A DNA stretch of 63,893 nt, counting the filler, from Octopus bimaculoides (Eukaryota): the NCBI RefSeq assembly GCF_001194135.2. It is 5 parts of 4 records of this genome, joined end to end, with 100 filler letters (N's around TTAATTAATTAA, not from the genome) between each part and the next. Parts side by side here need not be neighbours in the genome. Positions count along the whole stretch, not along the records: positions 25,571 to 50,345 come from NC_068981.1; 4 more parts are not named here. The stretch is one strand, 5' to 3'. Shown in pieces: positions 25,604-39,439 of this stretch. A model generated the notes under the pieces. The model was not told the origin of the DNA. It did no database searches and saw only the letters and a program-made list of their open reading frames with translations. The translations under genes and the position numbers were made by a program. How positions within the stretch are numbered: position 1 is the stretch's first letter; each line of letters begins with the position of its first letter.

Positions 25604-26892
25604 ACACATATACATATACAAGAGCTAATTTCATCATCCCTTGCATCACTAAATACTTCACTACTGTAGTCGTCGCGATCGTCGTCAACGTCATCATCAT
25701 CGTCATATCTATCGGCATCTTAAATGAGAATATCTGCGAATAGCCGTTAATTTCAGTGTTATATATTATTGGAGAATATATTTGATATCACATAACACTA
25801 AATGAACATATGAACAAACACGGAAATATCAAAGCAGACTTGCGACACGTATTGCTTTACGATCACCTAGATGCAGAGAAATGCATACTCGCTTAGTGTG
25901 TTGTCCAAAATACAAAAACATAAACATATACTTTGCTGTAGCTAAACCCATGCCAGAAAAGTATGATTCTGTCCCATCATAACAAACATTATGAAAGAGA
26001 AAACAAAGCAGGAAATACAATTCGTAAGTTACATAAATGAAACAACTGCCAAGAAGTCAGGAATTATTTGCCACCAGTCATTGAAAACTTACAATGTTAT
26101 GACCATCATAATACTGATTTAAAATTTCGGTACAAGGTCAGCAATTTTAGGGGAGGAAGTAAGTAGATTACATCAACCTCAATATTCAACTGGTACTTAT
26201 TTTATTGAACCTGAAAGGAGGAGATGTAAAGCCGACCTCGGTGGAATTTGAATCCAGAAGTTAAAAACGCTGAGAATCTCGCAATGCGTTATAACTATTG
26301 TACCATCTCGCCGCTTTTATAAGGATTGTCATATTGTTAGTCAATATAAACTATTAATCAATGGTATGGACATCTTTTAATTTGCTTTTATCTCCAAATT
26401 GCTAGTTCAGTGTTACCATTATATTTTATGCAAATTTTAACATAATTTTTAATATATACATACATGCGTGAAGTCTAATTAATATCTAGTTAGGCAATTG
26501 AATTTTTAGGTCTGATTTAAAATATGAAACATCCATTGTATTCCTGATTAGGCGAAATTTATTCAGTCAGCTCCCTCAGCTATGCGCATAAAGAATGTCT
26601 GAGCCAGAAATAACAGTCCAAGTGAGTTTTACGATTAAAGACCACCATGCATGAAGAATGAAACGTCTAGAAGTGGAAAGCTTTACACAATACTTACACA
26701 TCTTGAAAACACACTTCGTCCTCCATTTGAAACAAAGTGTTACATCGTTAACCAGTTGTATGTCATGCTATTCCTTGAGAAGTTGTCAATGTGTCATCTG
26801 AAAGCACAAACATGTGTGTTCAATCTCTCTCTTTCAGTTTCCCTCTTTCTCTCTTTCTCTCTCTATATATGTACGTGTATGTATGTATGTAG

Positions 26893-26975
<83 letters not shown>

Positions 26976-27339
26976 NNNNNNNNNNNNNNNNNNNNNNNNN
27001 NNNNNNNNNNNNNNNNNNNNNNNNAGAGTTACATGCACGTATTTACACCAGCACCAGTTACCAAGCGGTGCAGAAGGACTAAATGAGACAAAATCAAAAT
27101 TACCCCCCCCCCATATATACATATGCATATATATATATATATATATATGACGGACTTAGTTCATTTTACGTCTACCAAATCTACTCATAAGTCTATGGAC
27201 GCACCAAGGTTATAGTAGAAGATACTTGCCCAAATTGCTTGCCGAACCTAGTTGATTAGTCGGCTGTTATTCGATAGTCTTGTGACTATAACCTTTGTAA
27301 ACAACTTATAAAGGTGAGAAATGAGTCATATGTAGTGAT

Positions 27340-28430
27340 GGATTTTTAAACCTTTATCACCCTTCTTACAAAGCAGGATGATATTTTACTATTTCGACAC
27401 TTATTGAAGGGAAGAACAGAGTTTTTCCACGGCTCTTCACCTTCGCACCTTAACATCTCTGTTGTGATACCATTTTCGCCAGGAGTTTTGTTTTCACTAG
27501 TCTGCTGGTCATCTACAATTTCACTGACGAGAGTAACTGGCACTTGTTTCAGTATCTGTTGAACTCTCCGGAAATACAAGATACAACACATTAAACTGCT
27601 GTGAGATTCGAACTCTGGATACATGAGAGATATAACTCTGAAATCACCACCAGTAAGCATCCTATTGAAAAGGGTGTCAAGCAAGGAGACACCGTCTCCT
27701 GAAAGCTATTTACCGCATCTGTAGAAATTGTCCTCAAGGCCATCGACTCGATAGGTGGTGTAAACATCAATCGCGGGCAAATAACACAATTCTGATTCGC
27801 AGATGATATTATATTCGTCGCTGAAACTACAGACCAGCTGCAGACCATACCGACGGAGCAGGGCAGAGGTTAGTAGTAGGCCTTGAAATGAAATGCATGA
27901 AAATATAATATATGTGACAGGAAGATGTAGCACAAGACCGAATAAAGTTTGGAAGCGATGAGGTAAAGGAGACTTAGGAAGCACAATAAATATGTGAGCA
28001 TAGGTGGAGGACGGAAGGCCTTTAATTAAATAAAGAAGTTTTCATTCGTGCCAAGCTCTTCAATCACACTCACTGTGCTACCTGCGCTTTTATACGTGGG
28101 ATACTATGAAGAGGATAGAACATCGATTGACTCCGACACAAAGGTCCATGGAACGATGCATATTTAGAATGTCATTACGAAAGTACATTCGAAATTAGAT
28201 AATTCGAGAGCGGAAGACATTGAACGATGTGATTGCAGGATACTGAAAGAAGAAGTTCTGCTGAGCCGGACATGTTGCAATAGCCAAGTGGTATCCAAGA
28301 TTTCGGAAAAGTAACTTGGAAAGCCTGCACGACGATGGAAAGACATTTGCTAAAGCAATTTACGTCAGAGTGGAAAATATGACACAATCAAGACAATCGG
28401 AAGTGCCTTGTGACCAGCATCTGATAGCCT
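27340..28430. mobile_element. RTE-like LINE relic with inverted 5' piece
   Basis: Minus strand 27346-27590 reads NKTPGENGITTEMLRCEGEE (pre-RT). Plus strand from about 27620 reads KGVKQGDTVS, FADDII, then TQRSMERC and AGHVA. Confidence 0.85.
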
Positions 28431-29749
28431 GGTCAATACTGTCATATTGTGATATAAAATTAATACATAAGAGACCGTTTTAAATTGTCGCTTCAATAAA
28501 CTTTGTGAAGAAAATAATTTCTGTCTATAAGGATTCCTTTATTCATGATGAATTAAAAAATTTTCTATATCTTTATTAGAATGTATTTCTACTTCAAAAT
28601 CGAAGGAAAACGTTATGATAGTAACTGGTCTACTATAGCCTCTGCCACATAATAACAATGCGGTAGAGAAGCTTGCACAGTCTGTTTACACGAGTCGTTC
28701 AAAATTTTATTAGTTGTGAGAATTTGTTGTTAATTGTAAGCATACATTGAAATTAACATTCCATTTTAGGAACCGTATTCAAGGAGATGCATCTTTCTCT
28801 CTATTTCTGTCTCAATCTTTCCTCGATTTCTCAACCAGACTGACTATGTTTTTATTTCCTTCTCTATCTTACAAATTTCATATAATTGAAATGATATTCA
28901 TACTCTAATGCATCGACGCCATATGTATTTCCGAATTCTTCGATTCTGTAATACGCCTTTGTCTCATGAACAGCCTTCGACTATGATACTTGTGCTTTCA
29001 TAATACCTTCAGCTACCAATATAAAAACTGTCTTCTCAGAATAGGACATCACTTATAATTTGAACACTCCCGAAAAACAACTATTTTTCTATATCTTCCC
29101 TAATTGTGCAAATTATTCCGTTCCACCTTTGCACTAATATTGTCTACACGGCTCTAGTGTATCTCGTTTTATATCACCCAAGAGAATAGTTTCTAACTGC
29201 ACTATTATTTCCTGTTTTAACTGCTTTTCTTCCATACTCAGTTCGGACGGGGATTTGAATCCAAACGGAAACAATGCGTTTAATAATCCCTACCTTTCCA
29301 CATTTGAAATTTTTTTATCATTCTATCTTTATATTTATTTCATCGACTTTTTTAGTTTATGCATATATTTTGTTATATTTATATATTTAGTTACATTAAT
29401 GTACATGTAATTATTTGTATGTATTTTTTAATTCTGTGTCTGTTTCATTATTGTCTACGTCTACTAGTTTTTTGTAATATTACTTCTATTATCGTAATAT
29501 TACTTCTTTTTTATATCTTCCTCACATAACTTCCCCATTTTCCTCTGTTCCCTATAACTGTGATATCTGGCCAAATGCACATTTATCGGTATATACGAAC
29601 GTGTATATTTATAGCAGTACAAAGTCTGTTATCAGTACACTAGGTTTAACTGGATACGATTCTTGTAGTCTAACACACCAGAAATTGGTTATCAATCTCC
29701 TTTCGTCGTGATATTATTACTGAAAATGGTTTATTTATTAATTTATGTT

Positions 29750-29754
29750 TAGTT

Positions 29755-29810
<56 letters not shown>

Positions 29811-29877
29811 TTCTTCTTCTTCTTCTTCTTCTTCTTCTTCTTCTTCTTCTTCTTCTTCTTCTTCTTCTTCTTCTTCT

Positions 29878-29924
<47 letters not shown>

Positions 29925-30015
29925 TTCTTCTTCTTCTTCTTCTTCTTCTTCTTCTTCTTCTTCTTCTTCTTCTTCTTCTTCTTCTTCTTCTTCTTCTTCT
30001 TCTTCTTCTTCTTCT
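29750..30015. repeat. Long (CTT)n/(GAA)n microsatellite
   Basis: About 265 bp of nearly pure CTT. Confidence 0.98.
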
Positions 30016-30169
30016 CGTTTGTAGTCGTAGTAATATCAGTAGTAGAAGTAGTAGTTGTAGTAGGAATAGTAGCAATAGTAGTGTAAGAATATTAATATAC
30101 GTTTTTACTGTTTATTGTATACATTTTAATTAATATAAAAGAAATCCTCATTTGATATTGTAGCATATC

Positions 30170-32075
30170 TGTTGTAGCGAGTGTCGTTGCAGAATGGACT
30201 AGCCGAACTCTTATAACGAGTAGCGAATTGGTTGAGAGAAGAGGTCGGCAGTAGTTGTATGAGTCGGTGTGTTAGTTCCACGTTTCGATTTGGCACTAAC
30301 CTGGTGTATTGGTGCCAACTGAACACGCAGCGAAGCCGGTGTGCTAGTGCGAATTGAACACACACCGAACAAGTAAGTTGTCGTAATGGTAGTTGTTCGA
30401 ATAACTGTGTGTTGGTTCTGTCGCTAGAATGCGCTAGGGGTTCGATTCCCTTGCTCACGATATATCGGATACAGCTGTGCAATGTTAATCAGCTGGAGAA
30501 GATGTCTTAAAAATGGCACTAAAGTCCGATCGAATGAAAAACAAGAGTGCTAACAAGAGTGCTTAGTACAATGAAAAACAAAGCGTCCTGTGTGCAACGA
30601 ACAATACTACCTGAGAGTCGGGCAACAATAAGGATATAAAAGCGGCGATGATATATTCGAATCTTCCTTCTGACGTTAAAATGTTTTTCTTGGTACAAAA
30701 TCGAAGAAAAAACATCATTAACATGGAATACTTATTGGCTTGCGTGGTGCAGCTTCAACACCAACAATAGTAGTTACAGCGACAACTACAACAACAATAC
30801 CAACAGTTACTGGAATTAAAGTTGAAGAAGTCTGAAAATACTTCAGGTTCGTTATCGTCAGACGGCGTAGCAAACTCAATTGGAGAAGGTACTACTTTAT
30901 CTGCATATTTTAGAAGATACGAATAAATCTTGAAAGAAGAATGTAAAAAATTGGAATGACGAGAAGGTTAACTACTTTTAAGTAAGTTATCCCCTGCTGA
31001 ACATGAAACATACTCTAATAATATTCTGCAGAAGACTCCAGGTGAAACAATTAATTTATTACCGAGAATTTTCAATGAAAGGATTTCCCTGTTTAATACT
31101 CGTTGGCAGTATTTAAAGTTAGTTAAAAATGATGATGAAGATTTCGTCAACCAAGCTGGGGTCGTTAACAGAGTGTGAAAAATTCAGATCAAATGACTTT
31201 ATCTCCGTATTTATTCAAATGTCTAATTTTTTTTCAAGGTTTAATTACAAGAAAAAATGCTGATATACGTTCCGGCATATTAACAAAATTAGAACAGGGC
31301 CAAACATTAACTCTACAAGCAGTGGCTGAAGAATGCCAAAGGATTTAAGATATAATGCGGATAAAATTGAAGAAACAGATTGCCCTGAGATATATGCGTA
31401 TTGACCTGAGATGGATAAGAAAAAGGAAAAACGAACGTCAAGAACAAATCCATGCTATGGGTGCGGTGGTTTACATTTTAGAAGTATTTGTCCTTTTAAA
31501 AATCGTAATTGTTATGAGTATGGAAAAATCGAACATAAAAGCTCATTGTATAACTAAACAAGAAACAAAAGGGGTCAAACATAAAAAAATCTAGAAAGAA
31601 TGTATTGTTAACAAAAATTCTAAGCGAGGCTCAGAAAAGAAAATTTGTGTCCATAAAAATGAATGATATGAATATCGAGTTGCGGTTGGATACGGGCAAT
31701 GATATCACGATAATTAATACCGATACACGGAGTGAAATAGCTTAAAGGAAACTTCGAAAATTGCGCGAAGTGTTTCAAGAAAAAGATTGCATTTTATGGG
31801 AGAAATGATAAGTGATATTACATTTTGTGAAATAACCTTGAAAGTAAAAGATTTTGTGTTGAAAAACACGAGTAATTTATTTGGAACAGACTAGATGGAA
31901 CTATTTAACAGAATGGTTAAAATGTGAATTGTTCTTCCACCCGCAGACAGAAGGCGTCGGAGGGTTTAAAAAAAAATAATAAATAGATAAAATAAAATTC
32001 CCGAAGTTTTTTTCTGATGAATTGGGTCTTTGCACCAAAATAGAAGCGACGTTTCAAGTGAAATGTACCATTCAC
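30170..32075 (+). mobile_element. Decayed Ty3/Gypsy LTR retrotransposon: putative 5' LTR, gag, zinc knuckle, protease and start of pol
   Basis: Starts TGTTGT; TATAAAAG near 30635; gag-like SLFNTRWQYLKL and EECQRI; CYGCGGLHFRSICP knuckle; LRLDTG protease; NLFGTD; FPEVFSDELGLCTK. Truncated before RT. Confidence 0.85.
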
Positions 32076-33879
32076 TTTTGTTTACGTGAGACTGATTGCT
32101 TGCCTACTTATCTACTTATTTATTCATTTATATATCTTTATTTTCAATCTTCCCCTGTTACTTATATATTGTTGTCTCACGTTTTTCTCCTTCTCTTTTA
32201 TATCTGTATTTCTTTCTGTCTATAATTCTTCCTACAGTTCATGTGACATTTTACCTTTATACTTCTGTATACCTAAGGCAAATTCAGCATCCATTTTTAC
32301 TCTATGCCAGAAGCGATGGCCAATATCTATATCCCTTCATCTGTTTTGTATCATTTGATCTTGTAACATGTCCCAGGAATATGTGATCAAACGTGAACGC
32401 AAATTTTTAGAATGAACTATATTTTGCTGGCCAGCACTAGGTTGAACACTAGGTGTAACTCAGTATTGAATAATTAAACTTAACAAGGAATAAATATAAG
32501 CACTGGATCTGCCACTCTTGCAAAGCATCTTGGTCGATGGCATCAGTGAATGAGTTTTGTCAGCGTCAATGAGCGACGTCAGTTCGTTGAGCAGCAGTCT
32601 TCAGTGTAATACATACTGAATGTAGGTATATTACATCTTGAATATTACTAAGCTTAAAATGTGATTCCTGAAAATGCCACACTCGCATCATATAGAGAGT
32701 GCAAACAACGTGAAGCTGTCAATCTTTGTTTTGTAAATGGACTAGACTGCATGACTGGAGACATGAACCCAAATGTTCTTTGTTTGATACTGTTGCATAA
32801 AGAACATTTTCTTGCTGGGATGAATTGTAGTGTGACCTGAAGAGCACGCTGGGCGACAAAACCGCCCGTTATCCACTTGTCCTATATTTGCATATTTGCT
32901 AGTGAATTTATGTGCTACAGGTATAACTCACGTTATCGGTGTGAAATTATATTTAACACATGCTCTGGCAATGACGAGTGTGTAGTGTGCTTGTACTAAG
33001 TGGTTATAGAAAAATATCTTGTGTTTTGGACGCATCTAAAACATTTAAGGAAATGTGGTCTGATCTGAACCTTAGCCCTCATTAATTTTTTTTAGATATC
33101 AACTAATAAGAAAGCTGTAGTTAAAGAAGGAAGCGTTTCCCATTCACCAAATTCTTTGAAAGATGGAGCAGCCTGACGGAATGAATGTAGAGTTTTTTTT
33201 CTAGTTTAGCGGATTAAGGAAATCATTTTCCACTTGTGACTTTTTAATGCATTTACCTTTCAATTCTCCCAGTGTTTGCTAAGGGAAAGGGCAATAATTT
33301 GCCTTAATCAATAGCGTAGGTGGAGTGCTCTGATTTCCCCATGGTGCATATTCCCATCCTGGGGATTATTTCTATGTGTTACAAATATGCCTTGAAATTG
33401 CATTGATTTCACACATTTACACGATGTATATTTCCACTGCAGTCCTTCACGTATTGTTTTCTTTTCGGCTTCCAGGTGCTTGGGCTTTCAGGGCCAGCGG
33501 TAGAAATAAGTTAGTAAAAATGTTATAACATTGAACAGAATGTCTTGCGTAATTTGTGACGGCTCTTATGTTAGCCTTTTATTATTTCATCCTTTCTGAT
33601 AAAATAAAGCACCAGTCAATTACTTGGTTATTTTGACTCAAGATTTGACATCGATTCAAAAATAAATGGCATGATGCCTGAATTAAAAACATATAGTTTA
33701 CACAGTGGAGGACAGGCTGAATTGTTATAGCATGCAGAACATTTTGTAAGATATTTATTCCTTTTCCGGCAACTACTGGAAGTTCCGCCGAGATCAATTT
33801 TGCAGTTCTCCGGGCATAACACGACGCAGTAAGTGCAGGAGAAAGCACAGTGAGAGTGAGAAAAAGAAAATGTCAGTGG

Positions 33880-33932
<53 letters not shown>

Positions 33933-33951
33933 NNNNNNNNNNNNNNNNNNN

Positions 33952-34010
<59 letters not shown>

Positions 34011-35241
34011 GAAAATGACGTGGTGTGACAATAAGGTTCTATGAGGGAAATTATGTATTTTGAGGAATAATGAGTATGTCTGTGTCGGAATATATTCATA
34101 TGGTTGAGTGGTATGAGTGATTTTTGTGTGTGTCTGTAGAAGTGGGGAGGAGTGGAAGTAAAGTGAATAGAGATATTGTTCAAATTATGTTACTTATTTC
34201 CCTGCACACACCCACACACATATATATGTATGTTTCATATGTAAGGCGTCGGATAATGCACATTGTGTGATTACATAGCTTAACACATCCACTTTACTCT
34301 TGTTGCTGATATCGATATATAATGTACTATTTAACATACGATATATAACATACGTATTTCATCAACGATGAAATACATATGTTGGTATCTATATTTTGAA
34401 CGACGATGCAACACCATAATATTAATGTCAAACTTATACCAATTTTTTTCTAAGAAATCAATAGAAGAGAAACAATTGATGAATCTAAGTGGTAGAAAAT
34501 TTGCAAGAAAATTTTGGCAAAATGTATGGCACGTAAATAGAACACAAATTTTCCTAGACAGTTTATATCCAATAAAATAAACTTTATTAATCGTAGGTGG
34601 AAGACTTTGAAACTAAAATGTGGATAATTTTGAAGATCAAGATAACCAAACAATTTGTTACAGATAACCTAGACATCGCTTGAGGTCATTATTTAAGGTG
34701 TGGTTGTACGGAGGCAATTCCACAAATGGAATGGAATTTGGATGTGAAGTGGTTTAAATGAAACTATAATATAGTCTGCCTGACATTTCCTTTGAGTAAT
34801 CATTATGTCGCAAATATTACGAACTGGAAAACATTGTTTAATGTACATTTTTGACTTGAGAAACCGCATTCGACATCTAAATTCTATGCCGTATTGATGA
34901 CAATTTTGTTGCAGGCCTAAATATATACTCTAGTTGAGTATATGTCAAAAATTCGGAATACATATAGTTGTTTATTTATGGTGATACACTTGCGTAGAAA
35001 GCGTATTATACACTTTCGTAGAAGAATGTTTCGCAGTAAGAAATAAATAACTAGCTTTAAGTTACTGTAAATACATTTCTATCAAGTTCGATATATTAAT
35101 GTCCACGTGAAACCACACTTCAGGGTGTACTCACAAGAAATTTAAGCTTAGTTGTGTTCGAAACTAATTAAATAAAATATTTCGTTTACACACACACACA
35201 CACACGCGCGCGCACATATATACACACAAACATATATATGG

Positions 35242-35277
<36 letters not shown>

Positions 35278-35285
35278 ATACATGC

Positions 35286-35316
<31 letters not shown>

Positions 35317-36802
35317 GAGAGAGAGAGAGTAAGCAATTATATTGCTATATAATATAATGATAGTGAGCAGGTATATCTATGTGTGTGTGTGTGTATGTAG
35401 TGTTTATAAGTTAGATAGAGATAGGCTTGCGATATATAACGTATTTACATGGAGTACAAAGGATACAGATTACAGAATAAAGAAAAAGAAAACAAATGAA
35501 CAGAAGAATTCTGTAAAGTCTTATCTGGAGATTTGCTTCAAGGCAACCATAACATAATGTAATAACCAAATTTATATGAAATCTGTGCATGATATCATTG
35601 GTATGTATCCGGCGACATGTCCTTATGAAGTTGTTATGGTAAGTTAGGAGTCCATTCTCTACATAACTAAATCCATAAAAATGTACTTATAACAGACTCT
35701 CGAGCAGGAGTGATGGCTCTGAATGTGGACGTTAGAGTTTCTGTTCCCATACTACATCACTTCTAAACCTATTTTGCTTCACCTACACACTGTATGTATG
35801 TATGTACATGTATTTATATATGTGTATATATATATATATATATNNNNNNNNNNNNNNNNNNNNNNNNNNNNNNNNNNNNNNNNNNNNNNNNNNNNNNNNN
35901 NNNNNNNNNNNNNNNNNNNNNNNNNNNNNNNNNNNNNNNNNNNNNNNNNNNNNNNNNNNNNNNNNNNNNNNNNNNNNNNNNNNNNNNNNNNNNNNNNNNN
36001 NNNNNNNNNNNNNNNNNNNNNNNNNNNNNNNNNNNNNNNNNNNNNNNNNNNNNNNNNNNNNNNNNNNNNNNNNNNNNNNNNNNNNNNNNNNNNNNNNNNN
36101 NNNNNNNNNNNNNNNNNNNNNNNNNNNNNNNNNNNNNNNNNNNNNNNNNNNNNNNNNNNNNNNNNNNNNNNNNNNNNNNNNNNNNNNNNNNNNNNNNNNN
36201 NNNNNNNNNNNNNNNNNNNNNNNNNNNNNNNNNNNNNNNNNNNNNNNNNNNNNNNNNNNNNNNNNNNNNNNNNNNNNNNNNNNNNNNNNNNNNNNNNNNN
36301 NNNNNNNNNNNNNNNNNNNNNNNNNNNNNNNNNNNNNNNNNNNNNNNNNNNNNNNNNNNNNNNNNNNNNNNNNNNNNNNNNNNNNNNNNNNNNNNNNNNN
36401 NNNNNNNNNNNNNNNNNNNNNNNNNNNNNNNNNNNNNNNNNNNNNNNNNNNNNNNNNNNNNNNNNNNNNNNNNNNNNNNNNNNNNNNNNNNNNNNNNNNN
36501 NNNNNNNNNNNNNNNNNNNNNNNNNNNNNNNNNNNNNNNNNNNNNNNNNNNNNNNNNNNNNNNNNNNNNNNNNNNNNNNNNNNNNNNNNNNNNNNNNNNN
36601 NNNNNNNNNNNNNNNNNNNNNNNNNNNNNNNNNNNNNNNNNNNNNNNNNNNNNNNNNNNNNNNNNNNNNNNNNNNNNNNNNNNNNNNNNNNNNNNNNNNN
36701 NNNNNNNNNNNNNNNNNNNNNNNNNNNNNNNNNNNNNNNNNNNNNNNNNNNNNNNNNNNNNNNNNNNNNNNNNNNNNNNNNNNNNNNNNNNNNNNNNNNN
36801 NN

Positions 36803-37540
36803 TGCAATCAGAAGACCATTATTTTCAAAAACAAACGTTACAAAGCATTTAGAGTGGAGTAAAAACCTACAGAATTGGTCCCTAGAAAGTGGAAGAAAGC
36901 TATTTACTCGGACGACTCGTTCTTTAACTTATTTCCGACCACCGGCTCAGAATACCCGGAGACAGCCAAAAGATGCATTTGACCCAACCTGTCTTCATCC
37001 AACTGTTGAACATGGAGGAGGATATGTGATGATCTGGTGGCTATATCTTGGAAATCCGCCAGCCCAATGGTTTCCCTTCATGGCAAAATTAGTAGTTAAA
37101 ATTATTAAACATTTCATCTGATCAAAAAACATCCTATGGTTGCGGAACTGTTTTCGGAGTGAAACGCAGTCTTTCAGGATTATAATCACTAATTCACACA
37201 GCTAAAGTTATTTCTGAATGGCACGAGGGATATTCTAGTGAAGTGGATCATCTTATCTGCCGACCACTGTCCCCAGATTTCAATATTATCGAAATTTATT
37301 GTGTATTTTAGAAAAACAAGTAAGGAGTCGATATCCTCCACCATCATCACTACAAGAACTGAAGACTGTTTTAGCTGAAGAATGGACAAATGTTACTTTG
37401 AAAACAATTCAAACTTTGTAAAAGTCCATACCGCGTAGAATTCAAGCTGTAATTACTGCCAAAGTCGGTCCTATCCCATATTAAAATATATTTGTTTCAA
37501 ATCTTAAGGTGTGTCCATTATTTTGTCCAACCCCTCTATA
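36803..37540 (+). mobile_element. Tc1 (DD34E-type) transposon 3' half; 5' part lost in an N gap
   Basis: RRPLFSK, WKKAIYSDDS, TVEHGGGYVMIW, SPDFNIIE, LAEEW, SIPRRIQAVITAK; TIR-like end ATTATTTTGTCCAACCCCTCTA. Confidence 0.9.
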
Positions 37541-39439
37541 CATACACACATACATACATACATACATACATNNNNNNNNNNTATATATATATGCATACAT
37601 GTGTCTGAAACTTTGTAAATTAATCATATATGCATACGCACTAACTAGCATATCGCATCTCCCATCCGAGTTGCTGATCTACCAACAGGGGACATCACAT
37701 TCACTGCCATAACGGACAATAACGTTTATCAAAAAATACAATGAAATGCAATAAATATCATAGGATTTTCAGTTCCTAGAGCGGTTTCCCAACTTAGTTT
37801 TGATCATGGTGGCATGAACGAACTACATCCGGAAACATATATTTTCATTCATACTCGATACATGTTTTTTTTTTTTTTTTAATGTAAGTCCAGTGAAGCA
37901 ATCATTAACTCTTCTTACAAAACCCTATATTTTCAATATGGCCGAAAGTTATTTGCACCTTTAATCTTACACTTGGAAATTGTGTTTCATGTCTTCCTCA
38001 TCTCAAGTTACAACCATTCGAAGAGAACATTAAACACCGCGTTATCCACAGAAATTATTCATCTCGGAGATTCACATATAAGCAAAATAAGCTGTCTGGA
38101 TCGCTTCAAAGGAGAAATAAATATCTGGATTATTTAACTCTTTACATAAAAATATGAGTTTACTATTATTCTGAAACAAGTTTATGGTTGCAAGCGAGTC
38201 GAACAGTAATAATATCATGATCCAGGATTCTTTGATCTTATTTAGATATATAAGATCAGAAAGATGTGTGCTCCCTTCCTCAGAATGATATCAATAAATA
38301 GAAGAAATTATATTCTTATTTTTGTAGCCTCTTTTCGGCAGTTGCAAACGAAGAGCGATTAGATGGCTTTCGTTTTCACAATAAATAACTGAGTACCTTA
38401 TACTCTTTCCCATAATATCTAATCTCAATCAAGAAAAATAGCTCGCATGCGCTAAATATTATGTACGAAGTAAATACAAACAGCAAAATATATTTAATAT
38501 TTATTGCATAATAACATGCTTTCGAAACATTCTTGGCTGAATACAATATTAAGATTTTAACCCTATTAATGCGTGACTTTTATATTATAATAGATATATG
38601 AAAAGAAAGAGAAAATGTTGCGATTGTTCTACTGAAAATATTTCTCCTTAAAACTCTAATATGATTAATTTACATCAAAACTAATATACCTTAAGCGTAT
38701 TAATACTGTAATAAAATTAAATACTTAGCACGTACAAACCATTTCATAATTATAGTTATATTAATGTGTATTTGACAAATATATTATACAGTGTTGCCAT
38801 GTTAACGTAATTTCTTATTGCTGAATTTCAACCACTTTAGAACTGTCATACACACAGGCTATATTACGGGTATTCATTTTTCACAAAAATTTAATTTCAT
38901 CAAAAACTACACGAACAAACATAAACACATATACACACGCGTCCCGTCGCACCCCACGCACCCCACGTACCCCACGCACCTCCAGGCACCCGCCACACTT
39001 ATATGTATATATGTATATATGTATATATGTATACATTGCTTATATATTCACATACATATATATTATATTGTATATATGTACATATACACAAATATACATG
39101 TATGTGAATATATATGCAATATACACACACACACGCACCCATACTCTTTTACTCTTTTACGTGTGTTTCAGTCATTTTGACTACGGCCATGCTGGAGGAA
39201 TATAGTTCTGTGTTTCGCTTTTAGAATTACTTCAGTAACGTTGAGTGTATGTAAAATACTTATACAACATATTCCAGCTAAGCATCTTAACTTTCGCCCA
39301 CACTATCAAAGCTGCTGGAATAAATTCGACTCCTGTCGACTATTCAGACCATAAAAAGTGGCTAGTTGTCGACATCACGGTCACCATATTTTCCCTGCTC
39401 ACAAAAATATATATGTATCTAACTAGCGCGTCGATTAGT

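Noticed and set aside
29745-30086. Poly-Phe and poly-Arg ORFs, and the many YI/HT/CV/LS-repeat ORFs elsewhere
   Set aside because: Translations of simple repeats.
30400-30460. tRNA-like GGTTCGATTCCC, and similar B boxes at 23632, 53205 and 54710
   Set aside because: No full cloverleaf; these are SINE-head or LTR-internal remnants, not tRNA genes.
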